Source: Xanthomonas campestris pv. campestris str. ATCC 33913
Lineage (GTDB): Bacteria > Pseudomonadota > Gammaproteobacteria > Xanthomonadales > Xanthomonadaceae
Assembly: GCF_000007145.1 (NCBI RefSeq)
Contig: NC_003902.1
Coordinates: 1,417,436 to 1,449,435, forward strand
Direction: 5' to 3'
Length of the DNA: 32,000 nt
The notes beneath the pieces were generated by a model, which saw nothing but the letters and a program-made list of their open reading frames with translations, was not told the DNA's origin and did no database searches. This document shows, piece by piece, positions 6,900 through 15,197 of this stretch (its first letter is position 1; the number at the start of each line of letters is the position of its first letter). A program made the translations under genes and the position numbers.

Positions 6900-9665
6900 A
6901 TGTCGCTCAACACGCTTTCGACCGGGAGTACCGCCGGTCTGTTTCTACCTCTGACGGATGACGCGTCGTCCCCGGGGCTGCTCGGATCCGATTCGGCCAT
7001 GAATGACTCCGATCTGTTGCTGGCGATGGACAACCTGTTTCTGCAGCAGATTTACCGTTTGATTGCCGCCACCTACGGCAATACGTCGCTCAATGGGCCA
7101 GGCAGTGGTATTCCGGGGCTTGACACGCCTTCAGCAGACGACCTTCAAGCCAGCCAGCCGATTGAGAAACGGACCTCCTGGCCGACGCTATCGGCTCCGT
7201 TCAATGTCAAGGACATCAAGGGATCCAGGTTGCCGCCTGCGGTGGATGGGTCATCGGTGACCTGGGAGGGCGGCACGCTCACCCCATCGGAGCTTCAGAT
7301 TGTTTCGACACTCAATCAGCACAAAGACAAGACGCCGCTGGAGTTCGCAAAACTCGACGACAAGATCAATGATCCATCTACACCTCCGGATCTGAAGAGT
7401 GCGCTGCAAGGCTTGCAGAAAGATCCGCGTCTTTTCTTCGCCATCGGTTCGCAGGGCGACGGCAAATGCGGCGGCAAGATCAAGGCGGGTGATTTGTGGG
7501 ATTTTGCAGACCACCATCAACAGGTGACCGCTCTGGGCGGGAAGAATGCCGAGTTCAATCCTAAAAACATCAAGGGAGCGACACCGCCTCCTGCCGCAGA
7601 AGGTTCGTCGGTAACCTGGGACGGCGGCACGCTGACGCAATCCCAGCTTGAGATCGTCTCTACGCTCAATCAGCATCGCGACATGATGCCGATCGAGTTC
7701 GCCAAGCTCGATGAAAAGATCAACGACCCAGCCACTCCGCCCGACCTGAAAAAAGCGCTGCAGGGCCTGCAACAGGATCCTGGCCTGTTCTTTGCGATGG
7801 CGTCTCAGGGTCACGGCAAGCACCACCACGACGACCAGGGCAAGTGCAATGGCAAGCTCATCGCCGACAATCTTTACGACTTCGCCGACCGCCATCCGCA
7901 GGTGACGGCGCAGGGCGGCAAGAACGCGACCTACAATCCCGAAAAAATGAAGGGGCGCGACCTGCCGCCGCCGGTGGACGGCTCTTCGGTCACGTGGGAT
8001 GGCGGGACGCTCACCCAGAACGAATTGGAGATCGTCGCCACACTTAATCGCCACAAGGACAAGTGCCCAGTCAAGTGGACAGATCTCGATGCAAAGTCGA
8101 AGGATCCCGCCATCCCGCCGGATCTGCAAAAAGCGTTTGCAGATCTACAGCAAGATCCAGCTCTTTTTCATGCAATTGGTGCGCAGGGTAGCAAAGGAAG
8201 TTGCGATGGAAAATTCACTGAAAAGGATCTCACACGCTTTTCAGTGCCCGAAAAACACGCACAGATCGCTCAATATGCCGAGCAGCAAGCAAAGGGCTAC
8301 ACGCAAAACTATGTGGCGTCTGACAGCCCCGACAAGACCGAGCCGACGGTCATGACCGAGAGTGACGCGATGCGTGAACTCTACCGCTACTCGGACTATC
8401 TGCCCAAGGATCTAAACCAGGACGCGTTCAAGCAATTGGTCGAAGGCGATAGCACGACCAAGAAGAGCCCGCCGCAGGTCATTGCCGCCGCACAGTATTT
8501 TCGTGAGCATCCCGACCAGTGGAAAGCGCTGGCTGGCGACAAAGAGTCGATGAGCACGGCAGATTTCCTGCAGAAATCTACATCAGAGATGCACCTGACC
8601 GCGCCCGAACTGAAAACGCTGGACACCATCAATAGCCACCAGGAAGCGTTCTTCGGCGACGGCAAAGAGGTAACGCGCGACAAGCTCGACACGATTGTCA
8701 AGGATGATAAAGCCGACCCCGCAGTGCGCGACGCGGCCAAGCAACTTTTGGGCGACCCGCTACTGTTCGGCTTGTTGAACAACGCGATCACCGGCTACAA
8801 GAAGCCCCACAGCTTCTTCGGTGGTGGCCATGTCGTCGACTCGGGAAAGATCAGCAACAAAGATTTTCAGCAGTTCTACGAGCACATGACGGCGGTCAAC
8901 AAAACCCTGGATACACCGCCCACGCATGCAGCCACATCGCCCGAGCAAAAGAAGGCCGTCGCGGACATGCTGATGGGAAAAGCCGATCAGCCCGAGATCA
9001 AGAGGAAAAAACACGATGTCGGTACCTTCAGCAAGGGATTGCATGAGTTTCTCAAGTGGGACAGCAAGATCCTGGATGGGATTTCCGTAGCACTTAGTGC
9101 AATGAACGGCATTCCCCTGATCGGCGAGGTTGCCGATGCAGCAGCGCTAGCATTTGAGAGCGAAGCGCAGGCAGCACAGGTAATTGATACCGCACTGCAA
9201 GGTGGCAACCTGTCACTCGCGTGGAAACTCGCCGGCATCAATATGGCTGGAGCGGTGGTTGGCGCCGTTGGCGGACCCACGGCCAGACTCGCAGCCAAGG
9301 GAGCAGCCAAGGGGGTCGCCGAGGGCGCAGCCAAGGGAGCGACCCAGGGTACAACCAAGGGCGCGGCCAAAGGAGGCGGCAAGGGAGTAGCCGAGCGGGA
9401 AAAACCCCTTGATATTGCTAAAGGCTACATAATAGGTACTAGCATCAACAGGCCGACTGAAATGTTGAAAACTCCCGTGTTGGCAGGCTTGCACTATGAA
9501 GAAGTGCGGCTGGATAAGGAGAAGAAAAAGGGCGAGATTCGCAAGAATCTGGAAGCGGCGGGCGGGGTGCCATTGGGGAAACAGTTTATTCCAAAAGCAA
9601 TTGCCGACAACTTCGAGGCAGACACGAAAGAAAACCTCAGGCATGTGAGGGGGCGCCGCAAGTAA
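6900..9665 (+). CDS. hrpF: HrpF, putative T3SS translocon protein (NolX family)
   Basis: I prefer the start MSLNTLSTGS at 6900, which has GAGG upstream; the ORF track begins at 6858. The N-terminal half contains three tandem ~105-125-aa repeats. The C-terminal part has hydrophobic segments (ISVALSAMNGIPLIGEV, LAGINMAGAVVGAVGG). GC content is visibly lower than in the hrc genes. Confidence 0.92.
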   Translation: MSLNTLSTGSTAGLFLPLTDDASSPGLLGSDSAMNDSDLLLAMDNLFLQQIYRLIAATYGNTSLNGPGSGIPGLDTPSADDLQASQPIEKRTSWPTLSAPFNVKDIKGSRLPPAVDGSSVTWEGGTLTPSELQIVSTLNQHKDKTPLEFAKLDDKINDPSTPPDLKSALQGLQKDPRLFFAIGSQGDGKCGGKIKAGDLWDFADHHQQVTALGGKNAEFNPKNIKGATPPPAAEGSSVTWDGGTLTQSQLEIVSTLNQHRDMMPIEFAKLDEKINDPATPPDLKKALQGLQQDPGLFFAMASQGHGKHHHDDQGKCNGKLIADNLYDFADRHPQVTAQGGKNATYNPEKMKGRDLPPPVDGSSVTWDGGTLTQNELEIVATLNRHKDKCPVKWTDLDAKSKDPAIPPDLQKAFADLQQDPALFHAIGAQGSKGSCDGKFTEKDLTRFSVPEKHAQIAQYAEQQAKGYTQNYVASDSPDKTEPTVMTESDAMRELYRYSDYLPKDLNQDAFKQLVEGDSTTKKSPPQVIAAAQYFREHPDQWKALAGDKESMSTADFLQKSTSEMHLTAPELKTLDTINSHQEAFFGDGKEVTRDKLDTIVKDDKADPAVRDAAKQLLGDPLLFGLLNNAITGYKKPHSFFGGGHVVDSGKISNKDFQQFYEHMTAVNKTLDTPPTHAATSPEQKKAVADMLMGKADQPEIKRKKHDVGTFSKGLHEFLKWDSKILDGISVALSAMNGIPLIGEVADAAALAFESEAQAAQVIDTALQGGNLSLAWKLAGINMAGAVVGAVGGPTARLAAKGAAKGVAEGAAKGATQGTTKGAAKGGGKGVAEREKPLDIAKGYIIGTSINRPTEMLKTPVLAGLHYEEVRLDKEKKKGEIRKNLEAAGGVPLGKQFIPKAIADNFEADTKENLRHVRGRRK
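7200..8243 (+). repeat. Three in-frame tandem repeats inside hrpF (7200-7553, 7554-7931, 7932-8243)
   Basis: The shared repeat core is F/YNPxxxKGxxxPPxxxGSSVTWxGGTLTxxxLxIVxTLNxHxDxxPxxxxxLDxKxxDPxxPPDLxxAxxxLQxDPxLFxAxxxQG....GKxxxxDLxxF, read from the translation. Confidence 0.9.
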
Positions 9666-9794
9666 CGATCTTGCTTGAGCGACAATCGTGACCGATGGAA
9701 ATGCAAGCAACGGAATCGCTCGATCAGCCAGGAAAAGACGAACCGAGAACGTTTCACCACCAGGCAACGCTGGTCACTCGCTGCGCCGTGCTGC

Positions 9795-10661
9795 ATGATC
9801 GGACTGGGACAGCTCCGCAGCGTCCCCGACCTGCTTGGCGGACAGCAGCGGTTGAATCTGTTTTCGCTGGCAGTGCCGGACAAGACGCGTCGGCCTGCGC
9901 AATGGTCCGACGCTGTGTATTTTCCTCCCAACTATCTGCTGGAGACCGGGAAAGAAGGCCTGGCGTTGGCCAGGCAGGCCTTGAGCACCACCAACGCGAT
10001 TACCACTGCGCTACGCGATGTGCTGGGCCGTCACATGCTCAGCAACGTGCTGGCCAATTTTGCCTCGCTCGGGGCCGGCCGCCTGATCGCTGCGCCGTTG
10101 CGCGGCGGCAACGAGAACGGCAGCGTTGCAGGCGAAGCCGCCAATTCCACCGCCACGGTCGTGCAGCAGGCGGTACAGACCCTGTTCAACGATACGGTCT
10201 GGAATGCGCTCAAGGCCAAGAACGGCGCCAACACCACCCAGGCGACGCGACTGGATCAGGAACGTGCCGTCACCGCGGCCAATCATCAACGCACCATCGA
10301 ACGCACGCTTCAGGCGCTGGCCGAGCCCATCGACGAGGCGATCGCGCTGTTTTCGGCGCCGACGCCGGCGGAGATTGCACACGCCCTGGAAGAGGGGGTA
10401 CGGCTTGCGCCTGCACCGGGGCCGCTGGCGAGGATGTTGCGTGAAACGCTTGAGCGATTGCGTACGGAAATCGACACGCAGTGCATCTCGATTGCGACCA
10501 TCGACGCGGTGCGCGATCAGCTGCATGCCGGCTGGGCGGCGATGTTCAGCGGTGTGCCACGTGACGACGTGACCAAGACACTGGACACCGAGTTACGCAC
10601 GCTCAGGCGTGCACTGCACGAGAGCGAGGAACTTCGTCAGTGGGAGAATGGCCGGCCGTGA
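9795..10661 (+). CDS. Hypothetical protein; possibly a truncated or decayed effector-like gene between hrpF and hrpW
   Basis: GC3 is high and composition is protein-like from about 9800 to 10661. The first ATG is at 9795 and the frame is open back to the hrpF stop codon. I recognise no motif. Confidence 0.45.
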   Translation: MIGLGQLRSVPDLLGGQQRLNLFSLAVPDKTRRPAQWSDAVYFPPNYLLETGKEGLALARQALSTTNAITTALRDVLGRHMLSNVLANFASLGAGRLIAAPLRGGNENGSVAGEAANSTATVVQQAVQTLFNDTVWNALKAKNGANTTQATRLDQERAVTAANHQRTIERTLQALAEPIDEAIALFSAPTPAEIAHALEEGVRLAPAPGPLARMLRETLERLRTEIDTQCISIATIDAVRDQLHAGWAAMFSGVPRDDVTKTLDTELRTLRRALHESEELRQWENGRP

Positions 10662-10983
10662 GCGATCGATCCCACCGTTGATCCGGTGGCGTCTTGCCGG
10701 CCGCAACGACAGACGCAGCCGCGCCGGCGTCTGTCGCGTGTTGGCGGTCCCGGTGCCAGGCGGGTGCGCGGCTGAGGTGCGGGCAGTGGGTGTGGAACGG
10801 GGGGGGGGCGGCACACGGCACCGCTTCGTATGCCGGCCATTGACCGGGCGTGCGCATGCCTTCTTGCACCCTGCGACGTAGTACGCGATGTGCAGGCCAA
10901 CCGGCCCACCGATGTGTCGGTGGTCGTCGATCAGGGACACCACCCAGCGACGACGCCCGGAAGATGGGGCGAAGCGGTGCATC

Positions 10984-11008
10984 TGCCGGGCGCGATCGGC
11001 GCCCGGCA
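10984..11008 (-). terminator. GC-rich hairpin about 20 nt downstream of the hrpW stop
   Basis: It forms a 10-bp perfect stem, TGCCGGGCGC/GCGCCCGGCA, with a 5-nt loop. There is no U-tract. Confidence 0.45.
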
Positions 11009-11027
11009 CCGCTTACGCAGGAGGCAA

Positions 11028-12113
11028 TCAGCCGCTGTAGGGCTGATGCCCGATTCGGGTCGCTCCGGTGGCCTGGAAAGCGCTGGGGGCAATCACCTCG
11101 TCGGGCGCATCGGTCTTCAGGTTTGCCAGCTTCACCGTCGCGCCCGGCGCATCGGTACGGAACACCGCTTCCTTGACCTGTTGGAAATCGCAATTTTCGA
11201 CCTGAAGATGCGTGTCGATATCAGCGTGTCCACCGTTGGTACGAAAGACCTTGCCGGCGCCGTTGACGGTGCAACCCGACATCACCACGTCGGCAGCACC
11301 ATTGTCCTGCACGACCTTGTCTGCGGCATTCTTGAACGTGCAATTGATGATGTCGACCTTCGGCCGGCCGCTGACCTCCGGGCGACAACCGGCAATGCGC
11401 GCATCATGCTCGCGGTTGCCCTGGCCATCGATGGTGACCGCATCCTCGCTGACATCGTCGTTGACGCAGTTGACCATCTTGCCGCTGCCCATGAAATGCA
11501 CGCCGTCGCCGCCGCCCTTCATGTTGACGTTGCACAGGCTACCGCCGTCCTCGACGACGAACAGCGGCTGCTGGTGTTCGTTCTGGGAGCCATCGCCCAG
11601 ACCAGGGCCACCGATGTAGGTCTGACCCTTGCCGTCGAATACCTCGCCCTTATGCACCACGATGGTCTTGTTCTGGAGGCCGGGTGGCGCGGTGACGACC
11701 TTGCCGGGAGGAAGTGGGGCCTGCGGACCATCGGGGCAGGGCCTCACCGCCTGACCCGGGTTGGTGGGCGATGCGCGGTGATCGGCTCCCGTTCCGCAGG
11801 TGCCGCCGTTGCCTCTGTTGTGGTTGCCGCCATTGCCGCCGCTGCCATCGCCAGTACCGCTACCGTGTTGTCCGCCGGGGTTGGTGGAACAGGGCGGGCG
11901 CGAGGGCGGCATCGGTGGTGTCGGATTCGGGTTGGTCGGTGGCTGACCGTCGCTGAATGGCTGATCCTGTGGCTGCAGCATGTCCCTGAGCATGCGTTGC
12001 ATGCAGTACGTCAGCATGCTCATGATCACCGCGGTCAGGGCTTGCTGCTGCGAAAGGGAGAATGAGGACGGCGGTAAGCTCGCATTGGTCTGTGAGGGGA
12101 TCGCAAGATTCAT
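11028..12113 (-). CDS. hrpW: HrpW, harpin-like N-terminal domain fused to a pectate-lyase (PL3-like) C-terminal domain
   Basis: The N-terminus is Q/S-rich and cysteine-poor, followed by a P-rich linker and a Gly-rich tract (GSGTGDGSGGNGGNHNRGNGG). The C-terminal beta-helix-like pectate lyase region reads VFDGKGQTY...DGVHF...AVTIDG...NGGH. The ATG at 12113 has AAGGA upstream; the ORF track starts at a TTG at 12131. Confidence 0.88.
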   Translation of the reverse strand: MNLAIPSQTNASLPPSSFSLSQQQALTAVIMSMLTYCMQRMLRDMLQPQDQPFSDGQPPTNPNPTPPMPPSRPPCSTNPGGQHGSGTGDGSGGNGGNHNRGNGGTCGTGADHRASPTNPGQAVRPCPDGPQAPLPPGKVVTAPPGLQNKTIVVHKGEVFDGKGQTYIGGPGLGDGSQNEHQQPLFVVEDGGSLCNVNMKGGGDGVHFMGSGKMVNCVNDDVSEDAVTIDGQGNREHDARIAGCRPEVSGRPKVDIINCTFKNAADKVVQDNGAADVVMSGCTVNGAGKVFRTNGGHADIDTHLQVENCDFQQVKEAVFRTDAPGATVKLANLKTDAPDEVIAPSAFQATGATRIGHQPYSG

Positions 12114-12288
12114 TGGCGAGTGTCCTTGCAAGAGATGAATGGTGGACGAAGTCCTGCGGCGGGAAATAACCGCGACACAGCGTGGCGATGTCCTACAGCA
12201 CAGCGGAGACGCAAGGCTGCGTCAGCGTGCTATGGAGGCGTGCATGTCTCTCTCTAGCACCATCGGCAGGCAGGCAAGACCGAGCACC

Positions 12289-12771
12289 TCACGCGCGTAG
12301 CCACAGATAATTTCCGGTTGCGATTCCTTCGAACATTTCGTCGTGTGCAATGAAGATGTTGTTGTTCCAGTAACGGCCATGCTCGGCATAGTGGGCGAGC
12401 AGATCGCAGATCCATGCGCCGTCGACGTCGTCGTCCAGTGGAACACGTACGACCAGCACGATCACGCCGGCATCGTTCAATCCGAGTTGCGCCTGGTCCT
12501 GTGCGTACACCGACAAATTCGCTTCCAGCAACAGCCGGAAGACCGTCAAGGTGCGTCCTGCAGGTGCTAGGCCATAGGAGATGCGTAGGTACAGCGCTTC
12601 TTCTTCCGGAACTTGCTGTGCTTCATCGTCGGTCTGGGCTGCAGGCATGTGCAGATAGACTTCAAACCCTTCCACCCAGAGCACACGACTGCTGAGCACC
12701 GCCTGCACATCCGGCAGGTCCAATGCTTCGCACATCTGCTGAACGATCGCTTCGAATCGGGTGCTGCTCAT
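12289..12771 (-). CDS. hpaB: HpaB, general T3SS export chaperone (CesT-like)
   Basis: The protein is about 160 aa and acidic (MSSTRFEAIVQQMCEALDLPD...). Its position directly downstream of hrpE is the same as in Xanthomonas hrp clusters. I prefer the ATG at 12771 over the GTG at 12801. Confidence 0.85.
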   Translation of the reverse strand: MSSTRFEAIVQQMCEALDLPDVQAVLSSRVLWVEGFEVYLHMPAAQTDDEAQQVPEEEALYLRISYGLAPAGRTLTVFRLLLEANLSVYAQDQAQLGLNDAGVIVLVVRVPLDDDVDGAWICDLLAHYAEHGRYWNNNIFIAHDEMFEGIATGNYLWLRA

Positions 12772-12826
12772 CTGTCGTACGACATGCGCAGGGCCATGCA
12801 CCGGCCCTGCGTCATGTCAGGGCCTA

Positions 12827-13099
12827 TTACTGGCCAACCAGCTGCTTCGCGTTGTCGCCTGCCTTGCCGATGAATTTGTTGAGCGCCACGTTGAAGTCAA
12901 GTTCGTTCTTCTTCGCGGTCAGGTAGTTGTTCATGCGCTCCTGTGCTGCGGCTGATTTACCAATGCCACCCATCAGACTATCCATCTGATTGTCCGAGGT
13001 CTGAGTGGCAGTGTGATTGTCAAATCTGCTTGAAAGGTCAGATCCAAGCAGATCCCTGGCCTGGCCCAATCGCGGCACTATCGATTGTAAATTTAGCAT
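12827..13099 (-). CDS. hrpE: HrpE, Hrp pilus subunit
   Basis: This is a 90-aa ORF starting at the ATG at 13099, preceded by AAGGAG. The size and position (between hrpD6 and hpaB) fit the pilin. The ORF track's longer 156-aa version overlaps hrpD6 and is unlikely. Confidence 0.8.
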   Translation of the reverse strand: MLNLQSIVPRLGQARDLLGSDLSSRFDNHTATQTSDNQMDSLMGGIGKSAAAQERMNNYLTAKKNELDFNVALNKFIGKAGDNAKQLVGQ

Positions 13100-13184
13100 A
13101 TAAATACTCCTTAGCTGAAGAGAAGTAACGTGGAGCGCTTGTCGGCGCGTTTTGCTTGACCAACGTGGCCAAGGAAATCGATGA

Positions 13185-13427
13185 TCAAGGCATGCTGGCG
13201 ATGTGCGCGACGATGTCTTGTGCAGCGTTGATGCCGTCGTGCAAGACAATGAAATCGTTGCGCGCAGCCTGATCGCTCGCGGCGGACCAATGCACACGGA
13301 GTTGTTGCGCTGTCGCGTGCAGCGCTGCCTCGATGTTGCGCAGTCGCTCGCCTGAGAGATCCTGCGCCTTGGTCTGCAAGATCTTGCTCATATCCTGGGT
13401 GAGCGTGTCGGTCATGGCATCGAACAT
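13185..13427 (-). CDS. hrpD6: HrpD6, small T3SS-associated protein
   Basis: It is 80 aa, matching the recalled HrpD6 length, and lies between hrpD5 and hrpE. Confidence 0.85.
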   Translation of the reverse strand: MFDAMTDTLTQDMSKILQTKAQDLSGERLRNIEAALHATAQQLRVHWSAASDQAARNDFIVLHDGINAAQDIVAHIASMP

Positions 13428-13437
13428 GGTGCGGCTC

Positions 13438-14385
13438 TCATGGCGCCGCTTGCTGCGGCAGGGAAGTCAGGTGCTTGGTACCGTCCGGCGTCTCGACGTA
13501 ATGCAGCCCGTCGGCGAGCAGGGCGGCGTCGTAATTGGCGGGCGGTTTCACGGACGGGTCCTGCTGGGTGATCTCCACATGCAGTGTGCGGATTTCCGGG
13601 CCCAGATCGCTGCGTAGATCGGCGATGCGTCGGGTCGCACGCTCGGCGTTGTCGCTGCTGCCGGCAATCGAAAAAACACCCTGGCCGTCGTAACGCACGC
13701 TCAGGTCGCGGTCGGCCAAGGTATCGCGCAGGGTTGCCAATACCTCATCCACCACCACCACATCGACCGTGACCGCATGTTGATCCCGATGCAGTTGTGC
13801 GCGCAGGCGTGCCGCATCCGCGCTGCTTGTCACCAGGCCCTCGACCCGCACGCGCGACCCGACCTGCTCCACGCGCGCTTCGCGCAAGCCCAGCCGTTTC
13901 AGCACGAATCGCACCTGATTAAGCTGGTTGTCCTGGCTGCGCGGGGGAGCCGCATCGGAGAGAAACGCCGGGAGCAGGGAGGGCAGCAGTGCCGCGGCGG
14001 CCAGCGCTAGCATGGCGCCCACCACTGCACGCAATGCAGTGCGCCTGGACCTGCGTGGCGAAGGCGCTGCCGGTGTCGCGGCGGGCGACAGTAGCTGCTC
14101 CAGCAGCGCAACATCGTCCGGCCAATCGGCCGCAGCGTCGCCCATGCAGAGCACCAACGGACCAAAGCGCACCGGATGCAGCGCAACAAAGGCTGTCGTT
14201 GGCAACGCTTCGCTGCGATAACACACTTGACCATCTGCATCCACCTCGATGATGAGCGAACAATCAGGCCAATCTTCGATCCGGATTTCGGCTTGGGGAT
14301 CGGCGCCTAACGTATAGCTGCCTGGCTGCAAATCTAATCGTGCGCCGGCATGGATTCCCGTCAGCACGCGAAGTTGCATGGTCAT
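13438..14385 (-). CDS. hrpD5: HrpD5 (HrcD/YscD-family inner-membrane ring component)
   Basis: It has an FHA-like N-terminus (MQLRVLTGIHAGARLDLQPGSYTLGADP), one central transmembrane segment (AVVGAMLALAAAALLPSLL) and a periplasmic C-terminal domain. Its start overlaps the hpaA stop (ATGA). Confidence 0.88.
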   Translation of the reverse strand: MTMQLRVLTGIHAGARLDLQPGSYTLGADPQAEIRIEDWPDCSLIIEVDADGQVCYRSEALPTTAFVALHPVRFGPLVLCMGDAAADWPDDVALLEQLLSPAATPAAPSPRRSRRTALRAVVGAMLALAAAALLPSLLPAFLSDAAPPRSQDNQLNQVRFVLKRLGLREARVEQVGSRVRVEGLVTSSADAARLRAQLHRDQHAVTVDVVVVDEVLATLRDTLADRDLSVRYDGQGVFSIAGSSDNAERATRRIADLRSDLGPEIRTLHVEITQQDPSVKPPANYDAALLADGLHYVETPDGTKHLTSLPQQAAP

Positions 14386-15197
14386 GCGCGAATCTCCTGA
14401 GCGGTCCCATCGTGGTGTTCAATCAATAGCGTGTTCAAACGCGTGATGGCACGCGCGCGATCGAGGCGTTTACGCGGTTTTTCTGCGTTGAGCAGCATCA
14501 ACGGCAGCAGCAGATGGAAACTGCGCAGTGCAGGCGATGTATCCGGTTGCGCCGGCACCAGATCCAGCAGGCGCTTGCGCAAGGCCTGCAGGGTTTCGGC
14601 AGCTGCGCCTGCGCTGCCCGAGTGCAGATGCTCGCGCATCAACCTCCAGACCATGGTCGTCAACTGTGCTGCGGCAGGATGGGCGACACCGATCGCACGC
14701 AACTCAACCAGCGCAACGGCAAGCGCGCGTCGCCGGATCGTCTGGTCGGCGGCAGGGGTCGCCGCGTAGCGGTCGAGCACTTCCTGGACGCTGGCACGGG
14801 CGCTGTCGTCTACCTGCGATGGCGCGGCGATCGGCCACGTACCGGCCTGCGGATCGCCGGCCTGCGCGTTGCCGCCCTCGCCGTGCTGATCATCCTGGCG
14901 TTGTCCCTGGCCCTGTGGCTGAGCGACTGCGATGCTGACCCGGCCGCGCAGCGCCGAGACGCGTGCCGCTTCGGCTTCTTCCAGTTCGGTGGCGTCGAGT
15001 TCGTCGTCCATGCCATCCAGCGAGCGCATGCCGCGTCGCCGCTTGCGCGGCGGGGCGGGGCGCAGACGGGGTGCATGATGTGCCGTGTCCGCCGGCGGCT
15101 GCACGCCAGCCTGCGGCGCATCTGCGTGGTGGTGCGATGCGCCGGGCGCGCTCGGCAGCGACGGAGGCACAGCGCCTGGCGAAATGCGCCGGATCAT
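14382..15197 (-). CDS. hpaA: HpaA, T3SS-secreted control protein
   Basis: I prefer the start MIRRISPG at 15197, which overlaps the hrcS stop (ATGA). It has a basic NLS-like cluster PPRKRRRG followed by an acidic stretch. It occupies the position between hrcS and hrpD5. Confidence 0.85.
   Translation of the reverse strand: MIRRISPGAVPPSLPSAPGASHHHADAPQAGVQPPADTAHHAPRLRPAPPRKRRRGMRSLDGMDDELDATELEEAEAARVSALRGRVSIAVAQPQGQGQRQDDQHGEGGNAQAGDPQAGTWPIAAPSQVDDSARASVQEVLDRYAATPAADQTIRRRALAVALVELRAIGVAHPAAAQLTTMVWRLMREHLHSGSAGAAAETLQALRKRLLDLVPAQPDTSPALRSFHLLLPLMLLNAEKPRKRLDRARAITRLNTLLIEHHDGTAQEIRA

Noticed and set aside
7251-8129. 292-aa minus-strand ORF inside hrpF, and the idea that the periodic repeats might be a CRISPR-like or non-coding array
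   Set aside because: The periodicity is about 350-380 nt, and the units are long, diverged and in-frame, encoding a conserved protein module. There is no short repeat/spacer structure. The antisense ORF merely mirrors the repeat.
9695-10444. 249-aa alternative-frame ORF (MEMQATESLDQPGK…) as the true product downstream of hrpF
   Set aside because: Beyond the first ~40 codons the translation becomes R/G/A/H/C-rich nonsense with low third-position GC bias, while the 9675/9795 frame has strong GC3 bias. A frameshifted N-terminus remains possible but is unsupported.
10830-12065. 411-aa plus-strand ORF
   Set aside because: It is antisense to hrpW. Its composition (R/A/G/V/H-rich, no motifs) is that of a shadow ORF in high-GC DNA, whereas hrpW on the other strand has clear domain content.
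12208-12223. Small hairpin GACGCA-AGGC-TGCGTC between hpaB and hrpW as a terminator
   Set aside because: It has only a 6-bp stem and no U-tract, which is too weak to call.
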